Assembly (NCBI RefSeq): GCF_004353825.1
Contig: NZ_SMNA01000012.1
Coordinates: forward strand, 1 to 64,000
Source: Occultella glacieicola
Lineage (GTDB): Bacteria > Actinomycetota > Actinomycetes > Actinomycetales > Beutenbergiaceae
DNA: 64,000 nt
Direction: 5' to 3'
In this document: piece after piece, positions 20,839 to 29,429 of the stretch
Layout: each line of letters opens with the position of its first letter
Numbering within the stretch: position 1 is the first letter of the stretch
Position numbers and translations under genes: made by a program
The notes under the pieces: model-generated
Seen by the model: only the letters and a program-made list of their open reading frames with translations
What the model was told of the DNA's origin: nothing
The model's database searches: none

Positions 20839-21640
20839 CCGGTTCTTCCCGACCGGGAAGCCGCGCGCCGTGCAGGGCGGGATCAAGGCCCGCAGCAGCC
20901 GGGGCGCCATCGCCCAGACCTGGTGGGGCGAGCGGTTCATCGCCGTCCTCGAGCGCGCCGGGATCGGTGGCCGCCTGCAGCGTGGCAAGACCTACGCCCG
21001 TAAAGGCCAAGTCATCTCGATGGAGGTCACCGCCGGCCGCGTCGACGCGGTCGTCCAGGGCAGCCGCCCGAAGCCGTACCGGGTCCGGATCGGCGCACCG
21101 GCCTTCGGCAAGGCCGAGTGGGCAGCGGTGGAGAGCGAACTGGCCGGCAGCGCCTGGTACCTGGCCCGGCTGCTCGCCGGTGAGATGCCGGCCGACATCG
21201 AGGAGGTGTTCTCGAAGGTCGGGCTGAGCCTGTTCCCGAAGGGGCCCCAGGAGCTGTCCATGGACTGCACGTGCCCGGACTGGGGCGTGCCGTGCAAGCA
21301 CGTCGCGGCCGCGATCTACCTGCTCGCGGAGTCCTTCGACGACGACCCGTTCCGCATCCTCGCCTGGCGGGGCCGAACCCGCGAGGACCTCCTCGCCAAG
21401 CTGACCATCGCCTCAGGTGGCGGGGCCCCCGCCGGCGCCGGAGCGGCCGCCCCCGAGAGCCCGGACGTTCCCCTCGCCGACCTGCTCGACTCCTACTTCA
21501 CCCTCCAGGGCGCGCTGCCCGGACCGAGCCCGGCAGCCGCCGTCGGCATCCTCGTGCAGGCACCGGACGTGGACGTCACGGTGCGCGGGCAAGCCCTCAC
21601 CGCACTGCTCGCCCCCGCCTACCGGGATCTGGCGGACTGA
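20831..21640 (+). CDS. SWIM zinc-finger protein
   Basis: CTCPDWGVPCKH, RLQRGKTYARKG; overlaps the SNF2 stop. Confidence 0.9.
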   Translation: MNDRFFPTGKPRAVQGGIKARSSRGAIAQTWWGERFIAVLERAGIGGRLQRGKTYARKGQVISMEVTAGRVDAVVQGSRPKPYRVRIGAPAFGKAEWAAVESELAGSAWYLARLLAGEMPADIEEVFSKVGLSLFPKGPQELSMDCTCPDWGVPCKHVAAAIYLLAESFDDDPFRILAWRGRTREDLLAKLTIASGGGAPAGAGAAAPESPDVPLADLLDSYFTLQGALPGPSPAAAVGILVQAPDVDVTVRGQALTALLAPAYRDLAD

Positions 21641-21657
21641 TCACACCCGCCGGTGGG

Positions 21658-22050
21658 TCATGCCGGGATGATCTCGACCTCGTACTCCTGCAGTATTCGA
21701 TCGGCGGTGACAAGTGGAGTCCCGAGCATCTGTGCCTGTGCCACGAGGATGCGATCGAAGGGGTCGCGATGGTGGTCCGGCAACTCGCCGGCGCGAAGCG
21801 CGTGGGCGTGTTCCACGGCGAGGGCGGTCGTTGCCGATCGACGCATCCGGTCCGGTACGTAGGTCGACGGCGCCTCGGGCAGACGCAGCTTTCCGAGCCG
21901 ATACTTGATTGCGATCTCCCATGCGCTGGCGGCCGAGAGCAAGATCTCCGTCCCGGCGTCCGCAATCATTGACAGCGCCTCACCACGCAGGCTACCTGGC
22001 TCGGTGTGCATCCAGAGCCAGACGTGCGTGTCGACAAGCGCCCTGCTCAC
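21658..22050 (-). CDS. vapC: PIN-domain toxin of a type II TA system
   Basis: VDTHVWLW, SAASAWEIAIK, HHRDPFDRILVAQA. Confidence 0.92.
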   Translation of the reverse strand: MSRALVDTHVWLWMHTEPGSLRGEALSMIADAGTEILLSAASAWEIAIKYRLGKLRLPEAPSTYVPDRMRRSATTALAVEHAHALRAGELPDHHRDPFDRILVAQAQMLGTPLVTADRILQEYEVEIIPA

Positions 22051-22292
22051 GCCTGGAACCCCGCGAGCACGTCGTCCGGCAGTGGCTCGTCGAAGTCCTC
22101 CGGGACGACGAAAACACCCTCGTCCAGCCCGAGACGTCGCTCCGAAGGGAGAGATGCCGGCACCAGACGAGCCACAGGCCGTCCCCCACGGCGAATCTCG
22201 ACCTCTTGCCCGGCGTCGACAAGGCGCAGTAGCTCGGAGAGTCGTGTCTTCGCTTCGTGGACCCCAACACTGCGCACCGTTGACTTAGTCAT
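22047..22292 (-). CDS. Phd/YefM-type antitoxin
   Basis: VHEAKTRLSEL, GRPVARLVP, VPEDFDEPLP; 4-bp overlap with the toxin. Confidence 0.9.
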   Translation of the reverse strand: MTKSTVRSVGVHEAKTRLSELLRLVDAGQEVEIRRGGRPVARLVPASLPSERRLGLDEGVFVVPEDFDEPLPDDVLAGFQA

Positions 22293-22315
22293 GAACTTAG
22301 TCTACTGCCGCTCCT

Positions 22316-22708
22316 TCAGCGTCGAACGATCCTGGTCTTCGCCCACATATCGTGCAGTCCGCGTCCGTCCGGGCCCGTGATCACCGGCGGGAACGCCAGG
22401 CACAGGGCCACGGTCCGCACGGCCGCGCGCACCGGGCCCGGCAGCCCGCCCTCGAGGCCGCGCACCCCGATGCCGAGGATCCGGTGCCCGATGGTGCACC
22501 CGAGCGTCGCCACCAGCAGGTAGGTCATCAGCGCGAACACGCCGAGACTGGCGAGCGGGTGGTAGTCCAGGAACGCGTAACTGATCACGCTCGCGATGCC
22601 CCAGTCGATGCCCAGGGCGACCAGTCGCCGACCGAGCGGCGCGTTCGCGACGTGCGCTCCGCCGTCGGGCATCGCCCTGCCTTTGGTCCCGGCGGGTCCT
22701 CCACTCAT
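22316..22708 (-). CDS. RDD family membrane protein
   Basis: RRLVALGIDW, DGRGLHD; divergent from glnA as usual in actinobacteria. Confidence 0.88.
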   Translation of the reverse strand: MSGGPAGTKGRAMPDGGAHVANAPLGRRLVALGIDWGIASVISYAFLDYHPLASLGVFALMTYLLVATLGCTIGHRILGIGVRGLEGGLPGPVRAAVRTVALCLAFPPVITGPDGRGLHDMWAKTRIVRR

Positions 22709-22762
22709 GGACCCGAGCGTAGTCCCGAGATGGACACCCCGACGGCGGGGGTCGCGTCGCGT

Positions 22763-22800
22763 TTAACATGGCGGACACATTTGGGTCACGGTAGGGAAAT
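22763..22800 (+). promoter_or_regulatory. tandem GlnR box upstream of glnA
   Basis: TTAAC-n6-GACAC-n6-GTCAC-n6-GAAAT fits the gTnAc-n6-GaAAc repeat consensus. Confidence 0.8.
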
Positions 22801-22857
22801 GCCGCGCCCCTACCGTGTGTCCGAACCCAGTTGGGGTCCAAGACCAAGGAGCAACGG

Positions 22858-24282
22858 ATGTTCAGTACTGCCGAGGAGGCCATCGCCTTCACCAAGGAGC
22901 AGGACGTCAAGTTCGTCGACGTCCGGTTCTGCGATCTGCCGGGGGTGATGCAGCACTTCAACATTCCGGTCGAGGCCTTCACCGAGGACGCCTTCACCGA
23001 GGGGTTGATGTTCGACGGGTCGTCGATCCGCGGCTTCCAGGCCATCCACGAGTCCGACATGAAGCTCGTACCGGACGTCTCCAGCGCGTTCGTGGACCCG
23101 TTCCGCGCGCAGAAGACGCTGGTCGTGAACTTCTCCATCGTGGACCCGTTCACCGACGAGCCGTACTCCCGCGACCCGCGCAACATCGCCGCGAAGGCCG
23201 AGGCCTACCTCACCTCCACCGGCATCGCGGACACCGTCTACTTCGGCGCCGAGGCCGAGTTCTACATCTTCGACGACGTCCGGTTCTCCACCAGCGCCCA
23301 GAGCTCCTTCTACCACCTGAACTCCAACGAGGCCGCGTGGAACACCGGCCGCGAGGAGGAGGGCGGCAACCTCGGGTACAAGACCCGCTACAAGGGCGGC
23401 TACTTCCCGGTCTCCCCCAACGACCAGATGGCGGACCTGCGCGACTCCATGGTGACCACGCTGCAGGAGGTCGGCCTGGAGGTCGAGCGCGCGCACCACG
23501 AGGTGGGCACCGCCGGCCAGCAGGAGATCAACTACCGCTTCGACAGCCTGCGCGCCGCCGCGGACGACGTGATGAAGTTCAAGTACGTCATCAAGAACGT
23601 CGCCTGGGCGGCGGGCAAGTCCGCCACGTTCATGCCCAAGCCGCTGTTCGGTGACAACGGCTCCGGGATGCACTCCCACCAGAGCCTGTGGAAGAACGGT
23701 GAGCCGCTGTTCTACGACGAGCGCGGCTACGGCGGCCTGTCCGACACCGCCCGCTGGTACATCGGCGGCCTGCTCACCCACGCCCCGTCGCTGCTCGCGT
23801 TCACGAACCCGTCGGTGAACTCCTACCACCGCCTCGTGCCGGGCTTCGAGGCCCCGGTGAACCTGGTCTACTCGGCCCGCAACCGCTCCGCGTGCATCCG
23901 GATCCCGGTCACCGGCACCTCTCCGAAGGCCAAGCGCGTCGAGTTCCGGGTACCGGACCCCTCGTCCAACCCCTACCTCGCGTTCTCCGCGATGCTGATG
24001 GCCGGCATCGACGGCATCAAGAACCGCATCGAGCCGCCGGAGCCGGTCGACAAGGACCTGTACGAGCTGCCGCCCGAGGAGCACGCGCAGATCGCCCAGG
24101 TGCCGGACTCGCTGCCGGCCGTGCTGGACTCGCTCGAGGCCGACCACGACTACCTCACCGAGGGCGACGTGTTCACCCCCGACCTGATCGAGACCTGGAT
24201 CGACTACAAGCGCTCCAACGAGGTCGACGCGCTGCGGCTGCGCCCGCACCCGCACGAGTTCGAGCTGTACTACGACATCTGA
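22858..24282 (+). CDS. glnA: glutamine synthetase type I
   Basis: [31 protein letters not shown], adenylylation site KDLY. Confidence 0.98.
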   Translation: MFSTAEEAIAFTKEQDVKFVDVRFCDLPGVMQHFNIPVEAFTEDAFTEGLMFDGSSIRGFQAIHESDMKLVPDVSSAFVDPFRAQKTLVVNFSIVDPFTDEPYSRDPRNIAAKAEAYLTSTGIADTVYFGAEAEFYIFDDVRFSTSAQSSFYHLNSNEAAWNTGREEEGGNLGYKTRYKGGYFPVSPNDQMADLRDSMVTTLQEVGLEVERAHHEVGTAGQQEINYRFDSLRAAADDVMKFKYVIKNVAWAAGKSATFMPKPLFGDNGSGMHSHQSLWKNGEPLFYDERGYGGLSDTARWYIGGLLTHAPSLLAFTNPSVNSYHRLVPGFEAPVNLVYSARNRSACIRIPVTGTSPKAKRVEFRVPDPSSNPYLAFSAMLMAGIDGIKNRIEPPEPVDKDLYELPPEEHAQIAQVPDSLPAVLDSLEADHDYLTEGDVFTPDLIETWIDYKRSNEVDALRLRPHPHEFELYYDI

Positions 24283-24318
24283 CAGTCGGGGTTTGAGCGA
24301 CCTCCGCGAGGAGGCCTG

Positions 24319-24376
24319 AAACGGCGTCTGACCTGCACGAACGCTACGCAGTGTTCGGCAGCGTCAGACGCCGTTT
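24319..24376. terminator. long hairpin, probable bidirectional terminator after glnA
   Basis: aaacggcgtctgac / gtcagacgccgttt 14-bp perfect stem plus inner pairing, between convergent genes. Confidence 0.7.
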
Positions 24377-24496
24377 GTCGCTCCTCTGTGTCAATTTGGT
24401 GTGGTCCGCCGCCCTGCAGGGCGCGATTGGTCTGGGCAGCGTGGCGACGCACGATTCATGTTGAGCCCCTGCGCCAAGAACGCCCCCGTGGATGAT

Positions 24497-25270
24497 TCAG
24501 GCAGTAAGAATGCGCAGTGCCACCTGGCCGTTCGTACGCCACGGTTCCTCCAGTGACCTCCACTCGCGAGCACGGTCGGTCAGCGCCCGAGCGAGCATCA
24601 GCAGGCGCGACCGATCCGACCCGGCGAGCTGCTGACGCTCGGCTCGCGGATCGTCGATCACGGCAAGCAGTAGCGCGGCGTCCTGGAGGTGCCGCTCCCT
24701 GTCACGGGAATCGGTCTGGTAGGCGGCCGCCTTCAGGATCACGGCACCGAACGGCGAAGGAACGCTCACGGTAGTCGACCGCCCGACCACGATCTCCACT
24801 CTGGCATTGATGGTGCGCTTGAGCGCCTGAGTGCCCCCTTCGATCGCGACCATTCTCCTGCCGTGAATCTTCTGCGTCACCGTCGGTGCCGCGTGGTCGG
24901 CGACAAGCACGTCGACGACGTCTGCCTCGCTGGTGACGAGATCAACGGTCGCCTCTCCTCGCCGAAAGCGGTGGGCCGTGTGATTGCGGTCATCGATCGA
25001 CGGCATGAACTCGTAACCGAGCGACTCCAGTGCTCGCGAGGTCTCGCCAACGACTCCACGTGTGGTCTCGATATGCAACACCATGTCGACGTCATTGGTC
25101 GCACGGAGTGTGTCGATGCTGCGGTAGATCCCATGGAGTTGGGTCATCAGGCCACCCACGAGCGTCCACTTCTCGTGCGGTAGCACCGCTTCGATCTCGG
25201 CGACGTTCGGCCATGGCGCCATCCACCCGGCCGGCGGGCTCGGGACGTCGATGGTCCTACGGTCAGCCAC
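24497..25270 (-). CDS. AbiEii-like nucleotidyltransferase, putative type IV TA toxin
   Basis: LVGGL...RATNDVD pol-beta-type motif; LKAAAY...RERHLQD; GTG start overlaps the upstream stop. Confidence 0.6.
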   Translation of the reverse strand: MADRRTIDVPSPPAGWMAPWPNVAEIEAVLPHEKWTLVGGLMTQLHGIYRSIDTLRATNDVDMVLHIETTRGVVGETSRALESLGYEFMPSIDDRNHTAHRFRRGEATVDLVTSEADVVDVLVADHAAPTVTQKIHGRRMVAIEGGTQALKRTINARVEIVVGRSTTVSVPSPFGAVILKAAAYQTDSRDRERHLQDAALLLAVIDDPRAERQQLAGSDRSRLLMLARALTDRAREWRSLEEPWRTNGQVALRILTA

Positions 25271-25925
25271 GGAACGCCGCCAACGCGCGGTCGAGTGCGT
25301 CCACGCCTGAACGGCGTTCGCGGACATCGAGTGACTCTGCAAGATCGAGGGCAGCGAGCACGACACCGCGGTTGGCGAGGTCCTTGACGATTCCGAGATC
25401 CGTTGTGGTCGTTCGAAGCGTGACCCGACCATCGTCGTCACGAATCAGGCCGTGATCGCGGACCAGGTCGGTCAAGGCGTCAGCTGTCACATAGCCGTCG
25501 ATGCTGCCGGCCTCGGCCAGACCAAGTCGGGCTGCCCTATCGATGACGTGAACGAGCTCGCCGCGCAGGTGCTGCCCGGCACTGGCGTGAGCCCGGTAGC
25601 GGGAGACCTCGGCGCGGTTCCGAGCACGCTCGACCAACTCGGCTGCGGTGAGTTCTCGGAGTCGGGCCCGCAGACGCGACCGCTGGGTCTGCCCCATCCA
25701 CTCCGCGTCGCCCCCCGACAGGAGCGACACCGCGCCCCACGCCGTCGCCTCGGCCCATGCTCGCTTGTGCGAGCCGCCACGGACTGCGACCAGTCTCTCG
25801 ACAGAGCTCTCGTCGACGATGCCGCGAGCGGGTTGGCGCAACGCACCTCGTAGGACCAGGTGCTGCACCTGTCGCGTCGAGACGCCGAGGCGCGCAGCGG
25901 CCTCGGAAACCGCCAACAGACCCAT
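25263..25925 (-). CDS. HTH protein with AbiEi-like C-terminus, putative antitoxin/regulator
   Basis: N-terminal VSEAAARLGVSTRQVQHLV HTH; C-terminal LAALDLAESLDVRER. Confidence 0.6.
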   Translation of the reverse strand: MGLLAVSEAAARLGVSTRQVQHLVLRGALRQPARGIVDESSVERLVAVRGGSHKRAWAEATAWGAVSLLSGGDAEWMGQTQRSRLRARLRELTAAELVERARNRAEVSRYRAHASAGQHLRGELVHVIDRAARLGLAEAGSIDGYVTADALTDLVRDHGLIRDDDGRVTLRTTTTDLGIVKDLANRGVVLAALDLAESLDVRERRSGVDALDRALAAFRG

Positions 25926-25999
25926 GACAGATAGTGTCGCATACACGCACTTGTCTGCCAACCGTGGGATCCCGATGAACTGGCTGCCGCAGGGCCCGG

Positions 26000-26583
26000 T
26001 CAGTCGGCCTGGACCTCGAACCCGGTCTCGCGGATCACTCGGGCCGGGACGCCCGCCACGATCGTGTTCGCGGGGACGTCCCTGGTCACCACCGCACCGG
26101 CGCCCACGATCGCTCCGTCGCCGATCGTGACGCCCGGCACGACGGTCACGTTCGCCCCGAGCCAGACCTTGCGGCCGATCACGACCGGCGCCGGGACCAT
26201 GTCCGCCCGCCGGGCCGGGTCGACCCCGCGGTTCAGGGTGGTCAGCGTGGTGCCGTGACCGATGAGGGACCCGTCTCCGATCGTGGTGCCGCCGGTGTCC
26301 TGGAACGCGCAGCCCATGTTGATGAAGACGTCCCGGCCGAGGGTCAGGTTCTTGCCGAACTCGCAGTAGAACGGCGGGAACAGGGCGACCGACTCGTGGA
26401 CCGGGCGCCCGGTCAGCGTGGCGAGCAGGTCGCGCACCTCGCCGGCGGGGTGGTAGCCGCCGTTGCGTGCGGCGACGACCGCAGCGCCTCCTGGGCGACC
26501 TCGTGCATCAGGTGGCGGGCGGGCGAACCGCCCTCGATGACGGTGCCGGAGCGGACGTGCTCCTGGGACTCGGGCAGCTCCAT
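26000..26583 (-). pseudogene. sugar O-acetyltransferase (maltose acetyltransferase-like) with a 1-bp frameshift near 26480
   Basis: N-part MELPES...AQEALR and C-part [19 protein letters not shown]...[11 protein letters not shown]...VAGVPARV lie in different frames. Confidence 0.75.
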
Positions 26584-26608
26584 GGCGGTCACGGTATCCC
26601 GCCGACGC

Positions 26609-27844
26609 TCAGCCCACCCGGAGGGCCGCCACCGCCGGCGCCAGCGCCGACGCTGGTGCGAGCCGCGGCAGCAGGACCGCCTGGAGGGCGTGGTAGATGT
26701 CGGCCTTGCCGTCGCGGATCGTGGCGCTGGGGACGTTGTCCTCATCGAGCTCGTGGTGCCAGGAGCCGTGGGCCTCGTCGACGAGGTACCGCTCGGCGTA
26801 GTCCCACCAGGTCTCGTAGCGGCGGGCGTGGCGCTCGTCGCCGGTGACCTGCCACAGCGCCGTGGCCGCGGCCAGGGCCTCGCACAGGACCCAGTGCAGG
26901 CGGTTCCGGATCACCGGCGTGCCGTCCCAGTCCACGGTGTAGACGAAGCCAGGAGCACCGTCGGCGGCCCAGCCATCGCGCACCGCCGCATCGGCCAGTT
27001 TCTCGGCGGCGGGAATCAGCCAGTCCGGGGCACCGCCCGGGGCCGAGTCCAGGGCGACGTGCAGGTGCACCAGCAGCCGGGCCCACTCCAGGCCGTGCCC
27101 GGGGGTGGCCCCGAACGGCTTGAACGGGTCCCGGGGCTGGTCGCGGTAGCGGTCCGGGTCCGGGCGCCACGCGGCGTCGAAGTGCTCGGGCAGACGCCAG
27201 TCGAACCGGCGGGCGGCGTCCACGATCCGCGAGCTGATCCGCAGGGCGCGCTCGCGCCACACGTCCCGCCCGGTGACTGCCCAGGCAGCCAGGAACGCCT
27301 CGACCGAGTGCATGTTCGCGTTCGCGCCGCGTTCGTCGTCGAGCCGGGTGAAGCCCGCGTCCCACTGCTCGAGGACCATCCCGGCGTCCTCGTCCCAGAA
27401 CCGCTGTTCGATCACACGCAGGGCCTCGTCGAGGAGTTCGGCGGCGCCGGGTCGCCCGATCGTGGCGGCGCTCGCGGCGGCGAGCACCACGAACGCGTGC
27501 GGGTAGGACCACTTGCGGTCGTCGACCGGTCCGTCGGGTCCCACCGAGGTGAACCAGCCCGGATGCACCGGGTCCGCGAACACCTCGCGCACGGCGCGCA
27601 GCCCATGGTCGACGAGGCCCTCGGCGCCGTCGACCCCGAGCAGCGCCCCGAGTGAGAATGCGTGCGTCATCCGGCAGGTCACGTACAGCGGCCGCGGTCG
27701 GCCCGGGGTGAGCGCGCCGGTCGCGTCCAGCCAACCGAAGCCACCGTCGGCACACCGGGCGAACCGCGCGAACTCCAGGAGCCGGCGCGCCTCCGCCTCG
27801 AGCCGGGCATGGTGGGCCGGGGACGCGAGGAGCGCACCGGTCAC
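26609..27844 (-). CDS. AGE-family sugar epimerase/isomerase (YihS/mannose isomerase-like)
   Basis: GGFGWLD, TCRMTH, ANANMHSVEA, TPGHGLEW, HWVLCEA, SWHHELD, DIYH. Confidence 0.9.
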   Translation of the reverse strand: MTGALLASPAHHARLEAEARRLLEFARFARCADGGFGWLDATGALTPGRPRPLYVTCRMTHAFSLGALLGVDGAEGLVDHGLRAVREVFADPVHPGWFTSVGPDGPVDDRKWSYPHAFVVLAAASAATIGRPGAAELLDEALRVIEQRFWDEDAGMVLEQWDAGFTRLDDERGANANMHSVEAFLAAWAVTGRDVWRERALRISSRIVDAARRFDWRLPEHFDAAWRPDPDRYRDQPRDPFKPFGATPGHGLEWARLLVHLHVALDSAPGGAPDWLIPAAEKLADAAVRDGWAADGAPGFVYTVDWDGTPVIRNRLHWVLCEALAAATALWQVTGDERHARRYETWWDYAERYLVDEAHGSWHHELDEDNVPSATIRDGKADIYHALQAVLLPRLAPASALAPAVAALRVG

Positions 27845-28995
27845 GGCACGTGCACCAGGAAGGACTCGAGGGAGTCGCCGCGGGTGAACGCCCGCACCGC
27901 CCGCCGGCCGAGCATGGTCTCGTGGATCTCGCTGGTCCCGTCGAAGATCTGGGTGACCTTGGCGTCCCGGTTCAGCCGGTTCACCCACGAGGACTCCACG
28001 ATGCCCTCGGCCCCGAAGATCTGCACGGCCTCATCCGTGTGCCGCCGGGCGGCGTCCGAGGCGAACATCTTCGCCATCGAGATGATGTCCTGGTCGCCGC
28101 CGTCGCCGCGGGCGAAGGACTCCGAGGCCAGCCGGGTCAGTTCGCGGGCGGCCCGGTAGTCGGCGGCCATCCGGCCGATCTTGCTCTGGATCGAGGGCAG
28201 GTGACCGAGCGGCTTGCCGAACGCCTCCCGGGTGGCGGCGCGCTCGATGCTCGCCTCGAGCGCCCCGCGCAGCAGGCCGCACGCGTACGAGGCGGCGTCG
28301 ATCCGGGCCAGGTTCAGTCCGTCCATCATGCCGCCGAAACCCTCGACGGCGAGGCGCGAGGTCGCGGGTACGCGCACCCGGTCGAAGGCGAGCGTGCCGT
28401 TGGCCATGCCCCGTAGGCCGGAGAACGCGGGCCCGTGCGCCTGGGTCACGCCGGGCAGCGAGGTGTCCACCACCAGGGCCACCATCGGGGCGTCCCGGTC
28501 CGTGGTCGCCTCCTTGGCGAGCACGATCGCGTAGTGGCCGTTCGGGGCGTACCCGACCCAGGACTTCTGCCCGCTGAGCAGGTAGTCGTCCCCGTCCCGG
28601 GTGGCCACCGTGGTCATGCCCCGCACGTCCGAGCCGGCGTGCGGCTCCGTGATCGCGAACGCACCGAACGCCCGGCCGGCGAGGGTGGGCTCCACCCAGC
28701 GCTCGATCACGTCCGCGGGCGCGTACTTCATCAGCAGATAGGTGGTCAGCCGCCCGTTGCTGATCGCGACCGCGGCGGCCATCGAGTGCATCGCCAGCCG
28801 CTCGGAGACCTCGTGGACGAGGGTCGCCCGGCTGACGTCGAGCGTGCCGTCACCGCCGACCAGGACCCGCTGCAGACCGATCCTCGCGGCGGCGTCCACG
28901 ACGTCCTGCGGGAACTCGGCACTGGCGTCGATCTCGGGCGCGCGCGGCGCGAGGGTGGTGGCGATCATCTCGTCGAGCTCGTCGAGGATGCTCAT
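27841..28995 (-). CDS. acyl-CoA dehydrogenase family protein (copy 1)
   Basis: FAITEPHAGSD, GQKSWV, REAFGKP, SMAKMFAS, QIFDGTSEI. Confidence 0.9.
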   Translation of the reverse strand: MSILDELDEMIATTLAPRAPEIDASAEFPQDVVDAAARIGLQRVLVGGDGTLDVSRATLVHEVSERLAMHSMAAAVAISNGRLTTYLLMKYAPADVIERWVEPTLAGRAFGAFAITEPHAGSDVRGMTTVATRDGDDYLLSGQKSWVGYAPNGHYAIVLAKEATTDRDAPMVALVVDTSLPGVTQAHGPAFSGLRGMANGTLAFDRVRVPATSRLAVEGFGGMMDGLNLARIDAASYACGLLRGALEASIERAATREAFGKPLGHLPSIQSKIGRMAADYRAARELTRLASESFARGDGGDQDIISMAKMFASDAARRHTDEAVQIFGAEGIVESSWVNRLNRDAKVTQIFDGTSEIHETMLGRRAVRAFTRGDSLESFLVHVP

Positions 28996-29429
28996 GACGG
29001 TGCTCCTTCGTCCTCGGGGTAGCAGTACAGGATGTGGATGGCGGCGAGCACCTGCTCGCCGCGCTGGTTCATGACGGTGACCTCCGCGAAGGCCTTGCCG
29101 GTCGCGGGGTCCACCTCGGTGGTGCGGTAGCGCGCCTCGACCGTGTCCCCGAGGAACACTGGCCGGAGGAAGCGCAGCCGGTCGTAGCCGTAGGAGACCG
29201 CGACCACGCCCTCCTGGGCGCACAGCAGCGACGCAGCGGTGGAGGCGACACCGAGGGTGAGGATGCCGTGCGCGACGCGCTGCCCGGCCGGGTGGGTCCT
29301 CATGTACTCGGCGTCGATGTGCTGGGGCGCGAAGTCGCCGGTGATGCCGGCGAACAGACCGACGTCCGCCTCCGTGATCGTCTTCGCGAACCGGCTCGTG
29401 GAGCCCACCGCGGGGAACCCGGCGCTCAT
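28992..29429 (-). CDS. MaoC-like (R)-hydratase (copy 1)
   Basis: FAGITGDFAPQHID, AHG, RFLRPVFLGDT. Confidence 0.9.
   Translation of the reverse strand: MSAGFPAVGSTSRFAKTITEADVGLFAGITGDFAPQHIDAEYMRTHPAGQRVAHGILTLGVASTAASLLCAQEGVVAVSYGYDRLRFLRPVFLGDTVEARYRTTEVDPATGKAFAEVTVMNQRGEQVLAAIHILYCYPEDEGAPS

Noticed and set aside
17701..20988. 1095-aa minus-strand ORF and the many other long antisense or alternate-frame ORFs (e.g. 1221-2843, 11685-13985, 22810-24255, 57164-59485)
   Set aside because: They are shadows of real genes caused by stop-codon scarcity in high-GC DNA; they carry no motifs and have Arg/Pro/Gly-rich composition.
24283..24500. att site of an integrative element at the glnA 3' end
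   Set aside because: No duplicated glnA 3' sequence and no integrase were seen in the window; the hairpin is adequately explained as a terminator.
26609..27844. Complete sulfoglycolysis (sulfo-EMP) locus suggested by the YihS-like gene
   Set aside because: No sulfoquinovosidase, PfkB kinase or aldolase gene is nearby.
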